Source: Bacillota bacterium (GTDB lineage: Bacteria; Bacillota; Clostridia; Christensenellales; DTU072). Taken from it: a stretch of DNA of 64,000 nt. The stretch is from contig WQYD01000001.1 in NCBI GenBank assembly GCA_009781445.1, positions 73,126 to 137,125 of the forward strand, written 5' to 3'. The notes below the pieces were generated by a model that was not told where the DNA came from, made no database searches, and saw nothing but the letters and a program-made list of their open reading frames with translations. Shown here in pieces: positions 1 through 8,666 of the stretch (the first letter of the stretch is position 1; each line of letters opens with the position of its first letter). The position numbers and the translations under genes are program-made.

Positions 1-201
1 GGGCTTTCAATTAGTTCCAACCTTGTGTTTTATTTAAGACAGATTATCGCGTATGTTAAAAAGCGCAAAAATCAGCCGATAACCGAAAGCGGGCAACCCC
101 TTGCAGAGGAAACCGCAAACGAACCGATATTGCAAGAACCCACAAGCGTAGAACCTCTTGTTTCCGAAACCGTAGCCGATTTGGAAACCGAATCAAAGTA
201 G
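1..201 (+). CDS. 3' end of an unidentified CDS entering from upstream of the window
   Basis: Frame 1 is open from position 1 to TAG at 199-201. It translates to ...YLRQIIAYVKKRKNQPITESGQPLAEETANEPILQEPTSVEPLVSETVADLETESK. A hairpin terminator follows. No family recognised. Confidence 0.35.
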   Translation, partial: GLSISSNLVFYLRQIIAYVKKRKNQPITESGQPLAEETANEPILQEPTSVEPLVSETVADLETESK

Positions 202-244
202 CATTTATTTCTTTTGAAAGAGGACATTTTAAAATTGTTTAAAC

Positions 245-272
245 AAAAAATCCCCAAAGCGGGGATTTTTTT
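245..272 (+). terminator. Rho-independent terminator
   Basis: Stem AAAATCCCC (247-255) pairs with GGGGATTTT (261-269), loop AAAGC, followed by a T-run. It lies directly after the partial CDS. Confidence 0.7.
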
Positions 273-465
273 AAGACTGAAAACAAAGCCACCTATTTCT
301 TTGCGGTAGCAAAGGAAAAACAAAAAATCGCACTTTTTTGTTTTTCACCTATCGGATTTTAGGTTTTTAAACCGTGAATAAATCCGCGTTGAGGGGTGAA
401 TGTTGCCGATTTATCGGCAATAGAGGGGACGGGCGGTGAGTAATTACGAACATTCGTCCCCTCAA

Positions 466-503
466 CAGAACAAAAGAAAACTGTTTAGTTTTCTTTTGTT
501 CTG
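466..503 (-). terminator. Perfect 17-bp hairpin immediately 3' of the rubrerythrin gene
   Basis: CAGAACAAAAGAAAACT (466-482), loop GTTT, AGTTTTCTTTTGTTCTG (487-503). It sits 5 nt from the rubrerythrin stop codon. Confidence 0.65.
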
Positions 504-508
504 ATTGA

Positions 509-1330
509 TTATCTTGTGGAAGTGCTTGTGGGTTTACCGCCCATTTTCGGCACGGGTTTTACCGCAGGCTTTTTGGTAGCACTTGAGGCGGAAGGTTTGG
601 CGCTTGAAGTTTTGGGGCTTGAGGGTTTTGCGGTTGTGCTTTTTGCGCTTGAAGCGGTGGTTTTCATGCCCCCACTCTTTCCTGCGCTAACCTTGCTTGC
701 AGTCGCATTTTGGCTTACTGCAAGAGAAGCGGAAGGTTTGCTTAAAGCGTCTATCTTGAGTAACACCGCACCTTGCTTTGCGTGGCAAAGAGGGCAACAC
801 TTAAATGCCTCCATGGCTTTTTGCGCGTAACCGCAATCCGAACATTTCCAAACCACAGGTGTGGGGCGTGAGTACATTGTGTTGTTTTTCATTTGGGTGT
901 AAAGTTCGCTTAGTATCGCAATGTGTTGCTTTTCCACCTCTATTACATTGCGGTAAAGCCCTGCAATATCCTTAAATCCTTCCTGTTCTGCAACTCTTGC
1001 AAATTCGGGGTAAATCTTTGTGGCTTCGTCTGTTTCGTCCTCAGAGGCAAGGCGCAAATTTTCCATTAAATCCCACTTTTCCTTAAAAGGATAGCCTGCG
1101 TCTATGTGGATATTGGTTATCGTTTGCTTATCCGCAGTTTGAATAAAGGAATAAAACATACGGGCATGGTTGAATTCGTTATAGGCAATATCGTCTATAA
1201 TGTCTGCAAGGGCTTTAAAGCCTTGGCTTCTTGCGCCGTATTCCATAAATTCATAACGGGTGCGCGCTTGGCATTCGCCTGCGTAAGTTCTTGCAAGGTT
1301 TTTAAAGGTTTGGCTGTTTTTTAAATTCAT
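509..1330 (-). CDS. rbr: Rubrerythrin (diiron ferritin-like domain plus C-terminal rubredoxin-like CxxC...CxxC) with a ~78-aa low-complexity tail
   Basis: NLARTYAGECQARTRYEF, NEFNHARMF and EVEKQH match rubrerythrin diiron helices. WKCSDCGY...CCPLCHAKQ is the rubredoxin-type site. The tail is rich in Ser/Ala/Lys/Pro/Thr. Confidence 0.85.
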   Translation of the reverse strand: MNLKNSQTFKNLARTYAGECQARTRYEFMEYGARSQGFKALADIIDDIAYNEFNHARMFYSFIQTADKQTITNIHIDAGYPFKEKWDLMENLRLASEDETDEATKIYPEFARVAEQEGFKDIAGLYRNVIEVEKQHIAILSELYTQMKNNTMYSRPTPVVWKCSDCGYAQKAMEAFKCCPLCHAKQGAVLLKIDALSKPSASLAVSQNATASKVSAGKSGGMKTTASSAKSTTAKPSSPKTSSAKPSASSATKKPAVKPVPKMGGKPTSTSTR

Positions 1331-1527
1331 TATTATCTCCTAAATTTTTTGATTTGCTATGATTTTTACCAAAGATAAAAAGTTTATACGCTATGTTTTG
1401 AGTTTTTTGCATTGGTGGCATAAAATAAAAGCGATAAGGGTTTAATCATAAATTGAAACAAGAAAAAGGTTCTTGGTAACATATTTCAAATTTTGTCAAT
1501 ATTTTGAAATAAGAATATCAATGTTGC

Positions 1528-1556
1528 TTGCTTGTTTCAATTCCATTTGATATACT
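1528..1556 (+). promoter_or_regulatory. Candidate sigma-70-type promoter for the Fic gene
   Basis: TTGCTT (1528-1533), 17-nt spacer, TATACT (1551-1556), about 30 nt upstream of the AGGAG RBS and ATG 1588. Confidence 0.4.
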
Positions 1557-1587
1557 TTTTCTATAAAATAAAGGAGACTTAATCATA

Positions 1588-2718
1588 ATGAACAGAGCAG
1601 GTGGATATGTAACAGTTGCAGGATTGAGCTATAAGGCTTTTCAACCATCTAAATTACCACCTAAACCAGAGATTGTTGTAGACGATGAAATGGCAACACT
1701 ACTTGGCGAAGCAAATAGAGAATTAGGAAAACTGTACATGCTGGCAAACAAAATACCAGACATAAATATTTTCCTATCTTCTTATGTTAGGAAAGAAGCC
1801 TTAATGAGTTCTCAGATTGAAGGCACGCAGACTTCCCTTGTGGATGTTTTAGACCCAGATATTGATTCAAACAAAAATGCCGATGTTGAAGAAGTTGTTA
1901 ATTATACCAAAGCAATGAATTATGCTTGGGATAGAATGGAAGAATACCCATTATGCAATTCTCTATTAAAAGATACTCACAAGCTATTACTGCAAGGCAC
2001 TCGTGGAAAGGAAAAATTACCGGGTGAATTTCGCCGTTCGCAAAACTGGATTGGTTCGTTTGGTTTAAGTTTAACAGATGCTCGCTTTGTTCCGCCAACT
2101 GTTGAAAACATGATTGAGGCAATGAGCGATTTAGAAAAATTTATGAATAATGAAGAGCCGTATGACCACTTAATTAAAAGTGCGCTAATCCATTATCAAT
2201 TTGAAACAATCCACCCATTCTTAGACGGTAACGGGCGTTTGGGAAGAATGCTAATTGTTTTGTATCTAAAAAAAGAAAAGCTACTCAAGCACCCAGTTTT
2301 ATATATCTCATATTATCTTAAAAAGCACCGAACAGAATACTATGACCGCTTAGACGATGTGCGAAACAAAGGCAATTATGAGCAGTGGGTAAGGTTTTTC
2401 CTAAAAGGTGTAATAGCAACTTGCAAAGATAGCATTCAAACAATTGAAGATTTATCTTCTTTACGCGCAAAAAATATTGCAAAACTTCCTCAAACAAAAA
2501 ATGCAAAACTACTATTTGAATACATTGAGAAAAACCCCATTGTAGACATCAAAAAAACAGCAGACGAACTTAAAGTTGCGTACAACACAATTGCAACTGC
2601 AATTAGTAATTTTGTCAAATTAGGCATAATGAAAGAAATAACATCGGCAAAGCGTAACCGAGTTTTCTTTTACCATGAGTATATAGAAATTTTAAAGCGC
2701 GATACTGAGAATTTATAA
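1588..2718 (+). CDS. Fic family protein (AMPylase-type), with N-terminal inhibitory-helix motif and C-terminal wHTH-like region
   Basis: Canonical Fic motif HPFLDGNGRLGR. SSQIEG fits the [ST]xxxE[GN] autoinhibition motif. RBS AAAGGAG lies upstream. Confidence 0.9.
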   Translation: MNRAGGYVTVAGLSYKAFQPSKLPPKPEIVVDDEMATLLGEANRELGKLYMLANKIPDINIFLSSYVRKEALMSSQIEGTQTSLVDVLDPDIDSNKNADVEEVVNYTKAMNYAWDRMEEYPLCNSLLKDTHKLLLQGTRGKEKLPGEFRRSQNWIGSFGLSLTDARFVPPTVENMIEAMSDLEKFMNNEEPYDHLIKSALIHYQFETIHPFLDGNGRLGRMLIVLYLKKEKLLKHPVLYISYYLKKHRTEYYDRLDDVRNKGNYEQWVRFFLKGVIATCKDSIQTIEDLSSLRAKNIAKLPQTKNAKLLFEYIEKNPIVDIKKTADELKVAYNTIATAISNFVKLGIMKEITSAKRNRVFFYHEYIEILKRDTENL

Positions 2719-2847
2719 ATGAGAAAATATGAATATAGAAAAGCAAAGTATAAAATCATTCGTAACTAAACAAAGCGACTATTTTAAAATACCAGAGTTT
2801 ACAAGCGTTTATTTGCAGTTGTTAAGCGTTTGTGATATACTTTAGCC

Positions 2848-5064
2848 GTGGATACATTCAAAAAGGGTAAGTGGAATAAAGCAATAGATGTGCGTGACTT
2901 TATCGCACTTAACTTCACGCCGTATGACGGCGATGAGGGCTTTTTATGTGAGGCAAGCGAAAGGACGAAAGCGGTTCTTGCAAAAGCTGAGGAAAGTTTT
3001 GAAGCCGAACGCATGGCAGGCGGGGTTTTGGATATTGAAACAAAAAAGATTTCTTCCATTTTAAGTTGGAAAGCAGGATATATATATAAGGAAAAGGAAC
3101 TTATTTTCGGGCTTCAAACGGATAAACCGCTTAAGCGCGCCGTTAACCCTTTTGGCGGAATAAGAATGAGTGAAACCGCCTGCAAAGAATACGGATATGA
3201 ACTTGATAAAAGCGTGGTGGAAGCGTTTAAATTCAGAACCACGCATAATGACGGTGTTTTTAGAGTTTACAGTGACGAAATGAAAGCCGTGAGAAGTTCG
3301 GGGCTGATTACGGGCTTGCCCGATGCGTACGGCAGGGGCAGGATTATCGGGGATTACCGCCGTGTTGCCCTGTACGGAATGGATTATTTAATTGAACAAA
3401 AGATTAAGGATAAGGCAAAACTTCAAGCGGGCGCAATGAGCGAAGAAAGCATTAGGCTTATAGAGGAAATTCATAAACAGCTTTCATTTATGCAGGAATT
3501 AAAGGCAATGGCACTCACCTACGGGGACGATATTTCCTTGCCCGCAAAAACTGCGCGCGAAGCGGTGCAATGGCTGTATTATGCCTATTTGGGTTCCATA
3601 AAAGAACAAAACGGGGCAGCAAACTCAATAGGGCGCATTTCTACATTTCTTGACATATATATTGAAAGAGATATTAAAAACGGCATTTTAACCGAATCTC
3701 AAGCGCAAGAAATCATTGACGATTTCGTGATAAAGCTAAGAATGGTTAGGCATTTGAGAACGCACGCATATAATGATCTTTTTGCAGGCGATCCTGTGTG
3801 GGTAACCATGGCAGAAGCAGGCATGACAACTGATAACCGCCATATGGTTACTAAAACTGCGTACCGCGTGCTGAACACGCTTTACAATTTAAAGCCCTCG
3901 GCAGAACCCAATATCACCATTCTTTGGGCTGAGGGGCTACCTGAAAATTATAAACGGTTCACCGCAAAAGTAAGCATAGATACGGATAGCTTGCAGTACG
4001 AAAATGACGATATAATGCGAAAGGATTTCGGCGATGATTATGCCATTGCTTGCTGTGTTTCCGCTATGAAAGTGGGCAAACAAATGCAGTATTTCGGCGC
4101 AAGGTGCAATCTTCCCAAGGTTTTATTAACCGCGCTTAACGGCGGACGGGACGAGGTTAGCGGAAAGGCAGTCGCACCCAAGGGCAAGGCGTTTGACGAG
4201 GGTGAACTTGATTATGAAAGCGTGCTTAAAGCATACCTTTCTTACGCGTCATGGACGGCGAACTTGTATGTAAACACAATGAATGTGATTCATTTCATGC
4301 ACGATAAATATGCTTACGAACGCCTTATGATGAGTTTGCACGATACCAAGGTTGAAAGGCTTATGGCTTTCGGCGTTTCGGGGCTTAGCGTGGTGGCGGA
4401 TTCACTTTCCGCAATAAAGTACGCAAAAGTTTATGCAGTTAAGAATGAAAAAGGGCTGATTTCTGATTTTAAAATTGTGGGCGATTTCCCGAAATTTGGC
4501 AACGATGACGAACGCGCAGACGAAATTGCGAAGTTTTTAGTGGAAGATTTTTATAGTAAAATCAAAAAGGTTAAGGCTTACCGCGGTGCAAAACACACGC
4601 TTTCGGTGCTAACCATAACTTCAAATGTGGTGTACGGCAAAATGACGGGCGCAACCCCTTGTGGCAGAAAAGCAGGCGAAGCGTTTGCCCCTGGGGCAAA
4701 CCCAATGCACGGCAGAGATAAATGCGGTGCGCTTGCAAGCCTTAATTCGGTGGCAAAATTGCCGTACAAATGCTGTAAAGACGGGATTTCTAATACCTTT
4801 TCCGTAACCCCCGATGCCCTCGGCAAAACCGAAAATGATAGGAAAGATACCCTTGTAACCCTTTTAAACGGATATTTTGAAAGCGGTGCGCACCATTTAA
4901 ATGTGAATGTGCTTAACCGCGAAACTCTAATTGACGCCATGGAAAACCCTAAGAAATATCCGGGGCTAACAATCCGCGTTTCGGGCTACGCGGTTAATTT
5001 TAACAAACTTACCAAAGAACAGCAAGCCGAGGTTATTGAAAGAACCTTCCATAAACGCTTCTAA
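2848..5064 (+). CDS. pflB: Pyruvate formate-lyase (formate C-acetyltransferase)
   Basis: Collinear with E. coli PflB as I recall it: [36 protein letters not shown], catalytic Cys pair [10 protein letters not shown], glycyl-radical motif [12 protein letters not shown] start. Confidence 0.95.
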   Translation: MDTFKKGKWNKAIDVRDFIALNFTPYDGDEGFLCEASERTKAVLAKAEESFEAERMAGGVLDIETKKISSILSWKAGYIYKEKELIFGLQTDKPLKRAVNPFGGIRMSETACKEYGYELDKSVVEAFKFRTTHNDGVFRVYSDEMKAVRSSGLITGLPDAYGRGRIIGDYRRVALYGMDYLIEQKIKDKAKLQAGAMSEESIRLIEEIHKQLSFMQELKAMALTYGDDISLPAKTAREAVQWLYYAYLGSIKEQNGAANSIGRISTFLDIYIERDIKNGILTESQAQEIIDDFVIKLRMVRHLRTHAYNDLFAGDPVWVTMAEAGMTTDNRHMVTKTAYRVLNTLYNLKPSAEPNITILWAEGLPENYKRFTAKVSIDTDSLQYENDDIMRKDFGDDYAIACCVSAMKVGKQMQYFGARCNLPKVLLTALNGGRDEVSGKAVAPKGKAFDEGELDYESVLKAYLSYASWTANLYVNTMNVIHFMHDKYAYERLMMSLHDTKVERLMAFGVSGLSVVADSLSAIKYAKVYAVKNEKGLISDFKIVGDFPKFGNDDERADEIAKFLVEDFYSKIKKVKAYRGAKHTLSVLTITSNVVYGKMTGATPCGRKAGEAFAPGANPMHGRDKCGALASLNSVAKLPYKCCKDGISNTFSVTPDALGKTENDRKDTLVTLLNGYFESGAHHLNVNVLNRETLIDAMENPKKYPGLTIRVSGYAVNFNKLTKEQQAEVIERTFHKRF

Positions 5065-5993
5065 TGATTGGATACATTCATTCGCTTGAAACCATGGGAA
5101 CAGATGACGGCGGTAAAATCCGCACCGTTGTTTTCATGCAAGGGTGCAATTTGAGGTGCGTTTATTGCCATAATCCTGATTCGTGGAATTCAGCGCACAG
5201 CGCAGAATTAATTCAGAATTCAGAATTCAGAATTCAGAATGAAGGAAAGGAATCAGCGCACAGCGCACAGCGCACAGCGCACAATGAAGGAAAGGAATCA
5301 GCGCACAGCGCACAGCGCACAGCGCACAATGAAGGAAATATTAATAATAATTCCGCCCCTGCAACCTGCAACCTGCAACCTGCAACCTCAAAAGATTCCA
5401 CCCCTATGCCCTATGCCCTATGCCCTATGCCCTCAACGGAACTTGCAAAAAAGCTAATCCGCTTTAAACCTTATTTCAAAAACGGCGGGGGGGTTACTTT
5501 TAGTGGCGGTGAACCGTTGCTTCAGGCAGACTTTGTAAGGGAAACGGTGAGAATTTTAAAAGAAAACGGCATTCATGTGGCTTTGGACACGGCTTGTTCC
5601 GTTTTAAACGAAAGCGTCAAAGCCCTTTACGGCGCAGTTGATTTGGTTATTGCGGATTTAAAGTTTTTTAGTAATGAGGATTATATTACGCACGCGCACG
5701 CGGATATTTTTAATACCGTGATAGACACGCTTAATTATCTTAATAAAATAGGCAAGCCTGTAATCCTGCGCACGGTAATCGTTCAGGGCATTAACGATAA
5801 TGAGGAAAGCATTTTAAAATATAAGGAAATAGGGGATCGTTTTAAAAATATTATCCGCCACGAATTTAAACCTTTTCACACAATGGGCTTTTCTAAATAT
5901 AAAGAATTCGGAATCACTAATCCGCTTGAAAATAAAAGCGCGCTAAGTAGCGAAGTTTTGGAAAGGCTTGTTTCCGCGCAAAAAAGCGAATAG
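5064..5993 (+). CDS. pflA: Pyruvate formate-lyase activating enzyme (radical SAM), interrupted in frame by ~82 aa of repeat-element sequence
   Basis: CNLRCVYCHNPDSW (CX3CX2C) and GGGVTFSGGEPLLQ motifs. TAATG stop/start overlap with pflB. About 309 aa versus about 245 aa typical, and the excess maps to 5187-5433. Confidence 0.85.
   Translation: MIGYIHSLETMGTDDGGKIRTVVFMQGCNLRCVYCHNPDSWNSAHSAELIQNSEFRIQNEGKESAHSAQRTAHNEGKESAHSAQRTAHNEGNINNNSAPATCNLQPATSKDSTPMPYALCPMPSTELAKKLIRFKPYFKNGGGVTFSGGEPLLQADFVRETVRILKENGIHVALDTACSVLNESVKALYGAVDLVIADLKFFSNEDYITHAHADIFNTVIDTLNYLNKIGKPVILRTVIVQGINDNEESILKYKEIGDRFKNIIRHEFKPFHTMGFSKYKEFGITNPLENKSALSSEVLERLVSAQKSE
5187..5433. repeat. Intragenic, core-less mosaic of heptamer arrays and junction modules from the dispersed element family
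   Basis: (CAGAATT)x4-5, two copies of (CAGCGCA)x4 each ending in CAATGAAGGAA, AATTCCGCCC-(CTGCAAC)x4, ATTCCACC-(CCTATGC)x4. The same units and junctions occur in the intergenic elements. Confidence 0.9.
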
Positions 5994-6036
5994 GGTTAAA
6001 GAAAAGCGGAAAGGGCGGAAAAAGCACGGATAGTAG

Positions 6037-6070
6037 CAAAAAAGCGCAGGTATAACAACCTGCGCTTTTT
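6037..6070. terminator. Bidirectional hairpin terminator between convergent pflA and rpsI
   Basis: A-run, stem GCGCAGG (6044-6050) pairing with CCTGCGC (6059-6065), then a T-run. Confidence 0.7.
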
Positions 6071-6088
6071 GAATGGAAATCCTGTAAA

Positions 6089-6517
6089 TTACCTCTTGCT
6101 GTATTGAGGTGCTTTGCGTGCTTTGTGCAAGCCGTACTTTTTGCGTTCTTTCATGCGGGGATCACGCGTTAGGAAGCCTGCCGCTTTAAGCGCGGGGCGA
6201 AGAGTTGCGTCTGCTTGGCAAAGCGCCCTTGCCACACCGTGGCGGATTGCGCCTGCTTGCCCTGATGTTCCGCCACCCGATACATTAACAGCCATATCGT
6301 ATTTAGCAGTGTTGCCTGTGAGTTCCATGGGTTGGCGAACCACGAATTTAAGCGTGCCAAGTGTGAAATAATCGTTAATATCCCTCTTGTTAATGGTTAT
6401 CGCGCCTTCGCCCCCAGGGATTAGCCTAACCCTTGCGATTGCCTTTTTGCGCCTACCTGTACCCCAATACTGTACTTTCTTATTTACTTTTTTTGCTGTT
6501 TTTTTAACTGCCGGCAT
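6089..6517 (-). CDS. rpsI: 30S ribosomal protein S9
   Basis: [16 protein letters not shown]..., [19 protein letters not shown] and C-terminal [17 protein letters not shown] are typical S9. Confidence 0.95.
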   Translation of the reverse strand: MPAVKKTAKKVNKKVQYWGTGRRKKAIARVRLIPGGEGAITINKRDINDYFTLGTLKFVVRQPMELTGNTAKYDMAVNVSGGGTSGQAGAIRHGVARALCQADATLRPALKAAGFLTRDPRMKERKKYGLHKARKAPQYSKR

Positions 6518-6541
6518 TTCTCTACTCCTGTGCTATTTGAG

Positions 6542-6994
6542 TTATTTGAGTTTTAACTCTTCTGGTTTTTGTGCTTGGTGCTTGTGTTCCGCACCTGCGT
6601 ATGTGAATAATTTTGCGAACATATCTTTGCCCAATGTGTTCTTGGGAAGCATTCCCTTAACCGCGCGTTGAACCACGAATTCGGGCTTAGTTTTGATAAG
6701 CTTGCTGTAAGGAACTTGCTTTAAGCCACCCACATAGCCTGTGTGGTATGTGTAAAATTTCTGTTCCATTTTCTTACCCGTTAGAACAATCTTATCGCAG
6801 TTTACCACAATAACAAAGTCGCCCGCGTCAATGTTCGGTGTGAAAATCGGCTTATTTTTGCCTCTTAGTATTGAAGCAACAACTGTAGCCAAACGCCCGA
6901 GAACCATTCCCTCTGCGTCTACCACGAACCATTTTCTTTTGTAAGACCCGTCTTTTTCGTTAAAATCTGTGCCTTTTGGCATGTAAGTTTTCAT
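6542..6994 (-). CDS. rplM: 50S ribosomal protein L13
   Basis: KWFVVDAEGMVLGRLATVVASILRGKNKPIFTP... is typical L13. It lies upstream of rpsI, the conserved rplM-rpsI order. Confidence 0.95.
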   Translation of the reverse strand: MKTYMPKGTDFNEKDGSYKRKWFVVDAEGMVLGRLATVVASILRGKNKPIFTPNIDAGDFVIVVNCDKIVLTGKKMEQKFYTYHTGYVGGLKQVPYSKLIKTKPEFVVQRAVKGMLPKNTLGKDMFAKLFTYAGAEHKHQAQKPEELKLK

Positions 6995-7052
6995 ATAACC
7001 TCGTGTAATTCAGCCGTAGCCGAAAGCGCGCTTTTTAATCGCGCCTAATTAT

Positions 7053-7080
7053 AATATAATACGAACCAAACCTAAGTCAA
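7053..7080 (-). promoter_or_regulatory. Candidate promoter for rplM-rpsI, followed by a leader hairpin
   Basis: On the minus strand: TTGACT (7080-7075), 16-nt spacer, TATATT (7058-7053). The leader holds GCGCGATTAAAAAGCGCGC (about 7027-7045), which could be an L13-leader-type autoregulatory structure. Confidence 0.45.
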
Positions 7081-7247
7081 CTGTTTTACTTAATATTTTT
7101 GCCTATGCGTGCGTTAAGTGATTAAGGCAAGTTATCTAAAGCATTTCGGCGGTTAAAACAGTTTAATTTGTTTAATTTAGTTTACTTTTTATTAAAATTT
7201 ACATATACTTCTAATTGAAGCCTGCGTGCGGGCAAAGTGAGAGAATT

Positions 7248-8282
7248 ATGTCAACAATGCTAAAGGAAATTTTGGAAGCACCGGATGTGGTGCGTGAGGT
7301 TATCAGAGTAAACAAAGGCGTTTTACTCAGCATTTCCAAGGAATTTAAGGAAAGAGGGATAACTAATATCACCACCGTTGCACGCGGTACAAGCGATAAC
7401 GCTGCAACTTATTTTAAATATATTGCGGAAGCGGTGGGCGGATTTATGGTTTCCAAGTTTGCGCCGTCAGTCGCCACGATTTATGACACGGGCGTAAATT
7501 TAAAAAACAATATGGTGCTTGCCATTTCGCAATCGGGCATGAGTACGGATACGCTTACCGTGGTGGAAAAAGCCAAAAGAACAGGCGCGCTTATCGTGTG
7601 CATGACAAATAATGCAAATTCCCCCCTTGCAAAGCTATCTGATTACCATATAAATCTATCCGCGGGCGAGGAAGTTTCTGTGCCAGCAACAAAGACATTT
7701 ACCGCACAGCTTTCCGCACTTTACCTTCTGGCTAACAAATTATCCGATTCGTCTGCAAAAATGAACCTTTTGGAAATTCCTCATATCCTTGAGGATTTTA
7801 TTAAGAATAATTCGGGCGATTTAAGGGCTTTTGCCAAGCGTGTTAATTCAATTCAGAATTTTGTGGTGCTTTCACGCGGAATTATGCTTCCGATTGCCAC
7901 TGAGTTTTCGCTTAAGATTATGGAAACTTGTTACCGCTTTAACCGTCCGTTTTCCACCACGGACTTTGTTCACGGGCCCATATCTCTTGTGGAAGAGGGT
8001 TTTCCTGTTATCATGCTTGCCCCCGGTTCGGAATTTAGCCAAGAATATATCAATATGGCAACGCGCTTGAACCTTTTGGGCGCAAACATTATTGCTTTCA
8101 CAGATATTAAAGAGGTTGAAGAAATCGCAACCCAAGCGTTTACCATGCAACCCATGCGCGGTATGGAAACGCCCTTTGTGTACACTCTTGCAATTCAACT
8201 TTTCACATATTATTTCGCCGAATCTCTTGGAATCAATCCCGATAAGCCAAGAAGTTTAAATAAAGTAACGATTACGGTTTAA
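7248..8282 (+). CDS. Tandem-SIS-domain sugar-phosphate isomerase/deaminase (GlmS C-terminal-like / AgaS-type)
   Basis: VARGTSDNAATYFKY, AISQSGMSTDT and VPATKTFTAQL fit SIS domains of GlmS-like proteins, with no glutaminase domain. I place the start at ATG 7248 (upstream GTGAGAG), not the TTG at 7215. Confidence 0.7.
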   Translation: MSTMLKEILEAPDVVREVIRVNKGVLLSISKEFKERGITNITTVARGTSDNAATYFKYIAEAVGGFMVSKFAPSVATIYDTGVNLKNNMVLAISQSGMSTDTLTVVEKAKRTGALIVCMTNNANSPLAKLSDYHINLSAGEEVSVPATKTFTAQLSALYLLANKLSDSSAKMNLLEIPHILEDFIKNNSGDLRAFAKRVNSIQNFVVLSRGIMLPIATEFSLKIMETCYRFNRPFSTTDFVHGPISLVEEGFPVIMLAPGSEFSQEYINMATRLNLLGANIIAFTDIKEVEEIATQAFTMQPMRGMETPFVYTLAIQLFTYYFAESLGINPDKPRSLNKVTITV

Positions 8283-8398
8283 CGCATAATGCGGGGCGCA
8301 TTATGCGCAATTAAGAATTCAGAATGTAGAATTCAGAATTATGGATTAATTAACTAATGAGATTTAGAATCCACCATGTTTCTCGTTTCTCGTTTCAC
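8283..8398 (-). repeat. Palindromic heptamer-array element, copy A (core in reverse orientation)
   Basis: A 10-bp hairpin (8283-8307), an AATTCTG-type array read as GAATTCAGAAT (8309-8340), the core reverse-complement AATTATGGATTAATTAACTAATGAGATTTAGAATCCACC (8337-8375), then (TTTCTCG)-type array (8379-8398). Confidence 0.85.
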
Positions 8399-8527
8399 TT
8401 TTACAGCGCGCACCGCGCTATTTTTGTGCCAAAAATCCCTCAATTCGGTTGCCAAGGCAACAAAATTGTGGGTTTTTTATATTGGAAATATTTTCTGTTG
8501 CCATGCGTACAAACTTAAAGTAAAAAT

Positions 8528-8556
8528 TTGACTTTATTACTTAAATAATATATAAT
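8528..8556 (+). promoter_or_regulatory. Candidate sigma-70-type promoter for the ABC operon
   Basis: TTGACT (8528-8533), 17-nt spacer, TATAAT (8551-8556). Confidence 0.55.
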
Positions 8557-8666
8557 ATATATACTTACTAAGAGTTACCAAGCGGTTGAAGCCATGCTTA
8601 ACCGCGCGCGCCTGCCTTATTGCAGGGCATAAACTTACTGATAACGCGCTAAATGCGCCCACATAT

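Noticed and set aside
72-323. 83-aa minus-strand ORF at the window start
   Set aside because: It overlaps the plus-strand open frame and runs through a clear plus-strand terminator hairpin. There is no RBS and no recognisable family.
516-830. 104-aa plus-strand ORF antisense to the rubrerythrin tail. Similar cases: 36966-37379 (-) and 37007-37267 (-) antisense to the potD tail
   Set aside because: These are mirror ORFs of GC-rich low-complexity coding repeats, with no independent signals.
2719-2769. 16-codon mini-ORF (MRKYEYRKAKYKIIRN) between the Fic gene and pflB
   Set aside because: It is too short, has no RBS, and cannot be supported from sequence alone.
5239-5457. 72-aa alternate-frame ORF inside the pflA insert
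   Set aside because: Heptamer arrays free of stops read open in several frames. The pflA frame is the only one continuous with conserved flanking motifs. It is noted only as evidence that frame shifts within the insert would not terminate immediately.
7215-7247. Upstream alternative starts from the ORF track: TTG 7215 for the SIS gene, 8586 for the ABC ATPase, 11160 for the exported protein, 17686 for the GlmU-like gene, 33702 for potB, 45317 for the giant gene
   Set aside because: In each case an in-frame ATG downstream has a better RBS and/or yields the canonical family N-terminus or signal peptide. The upstream codons overlap the preceding gene or the leader.
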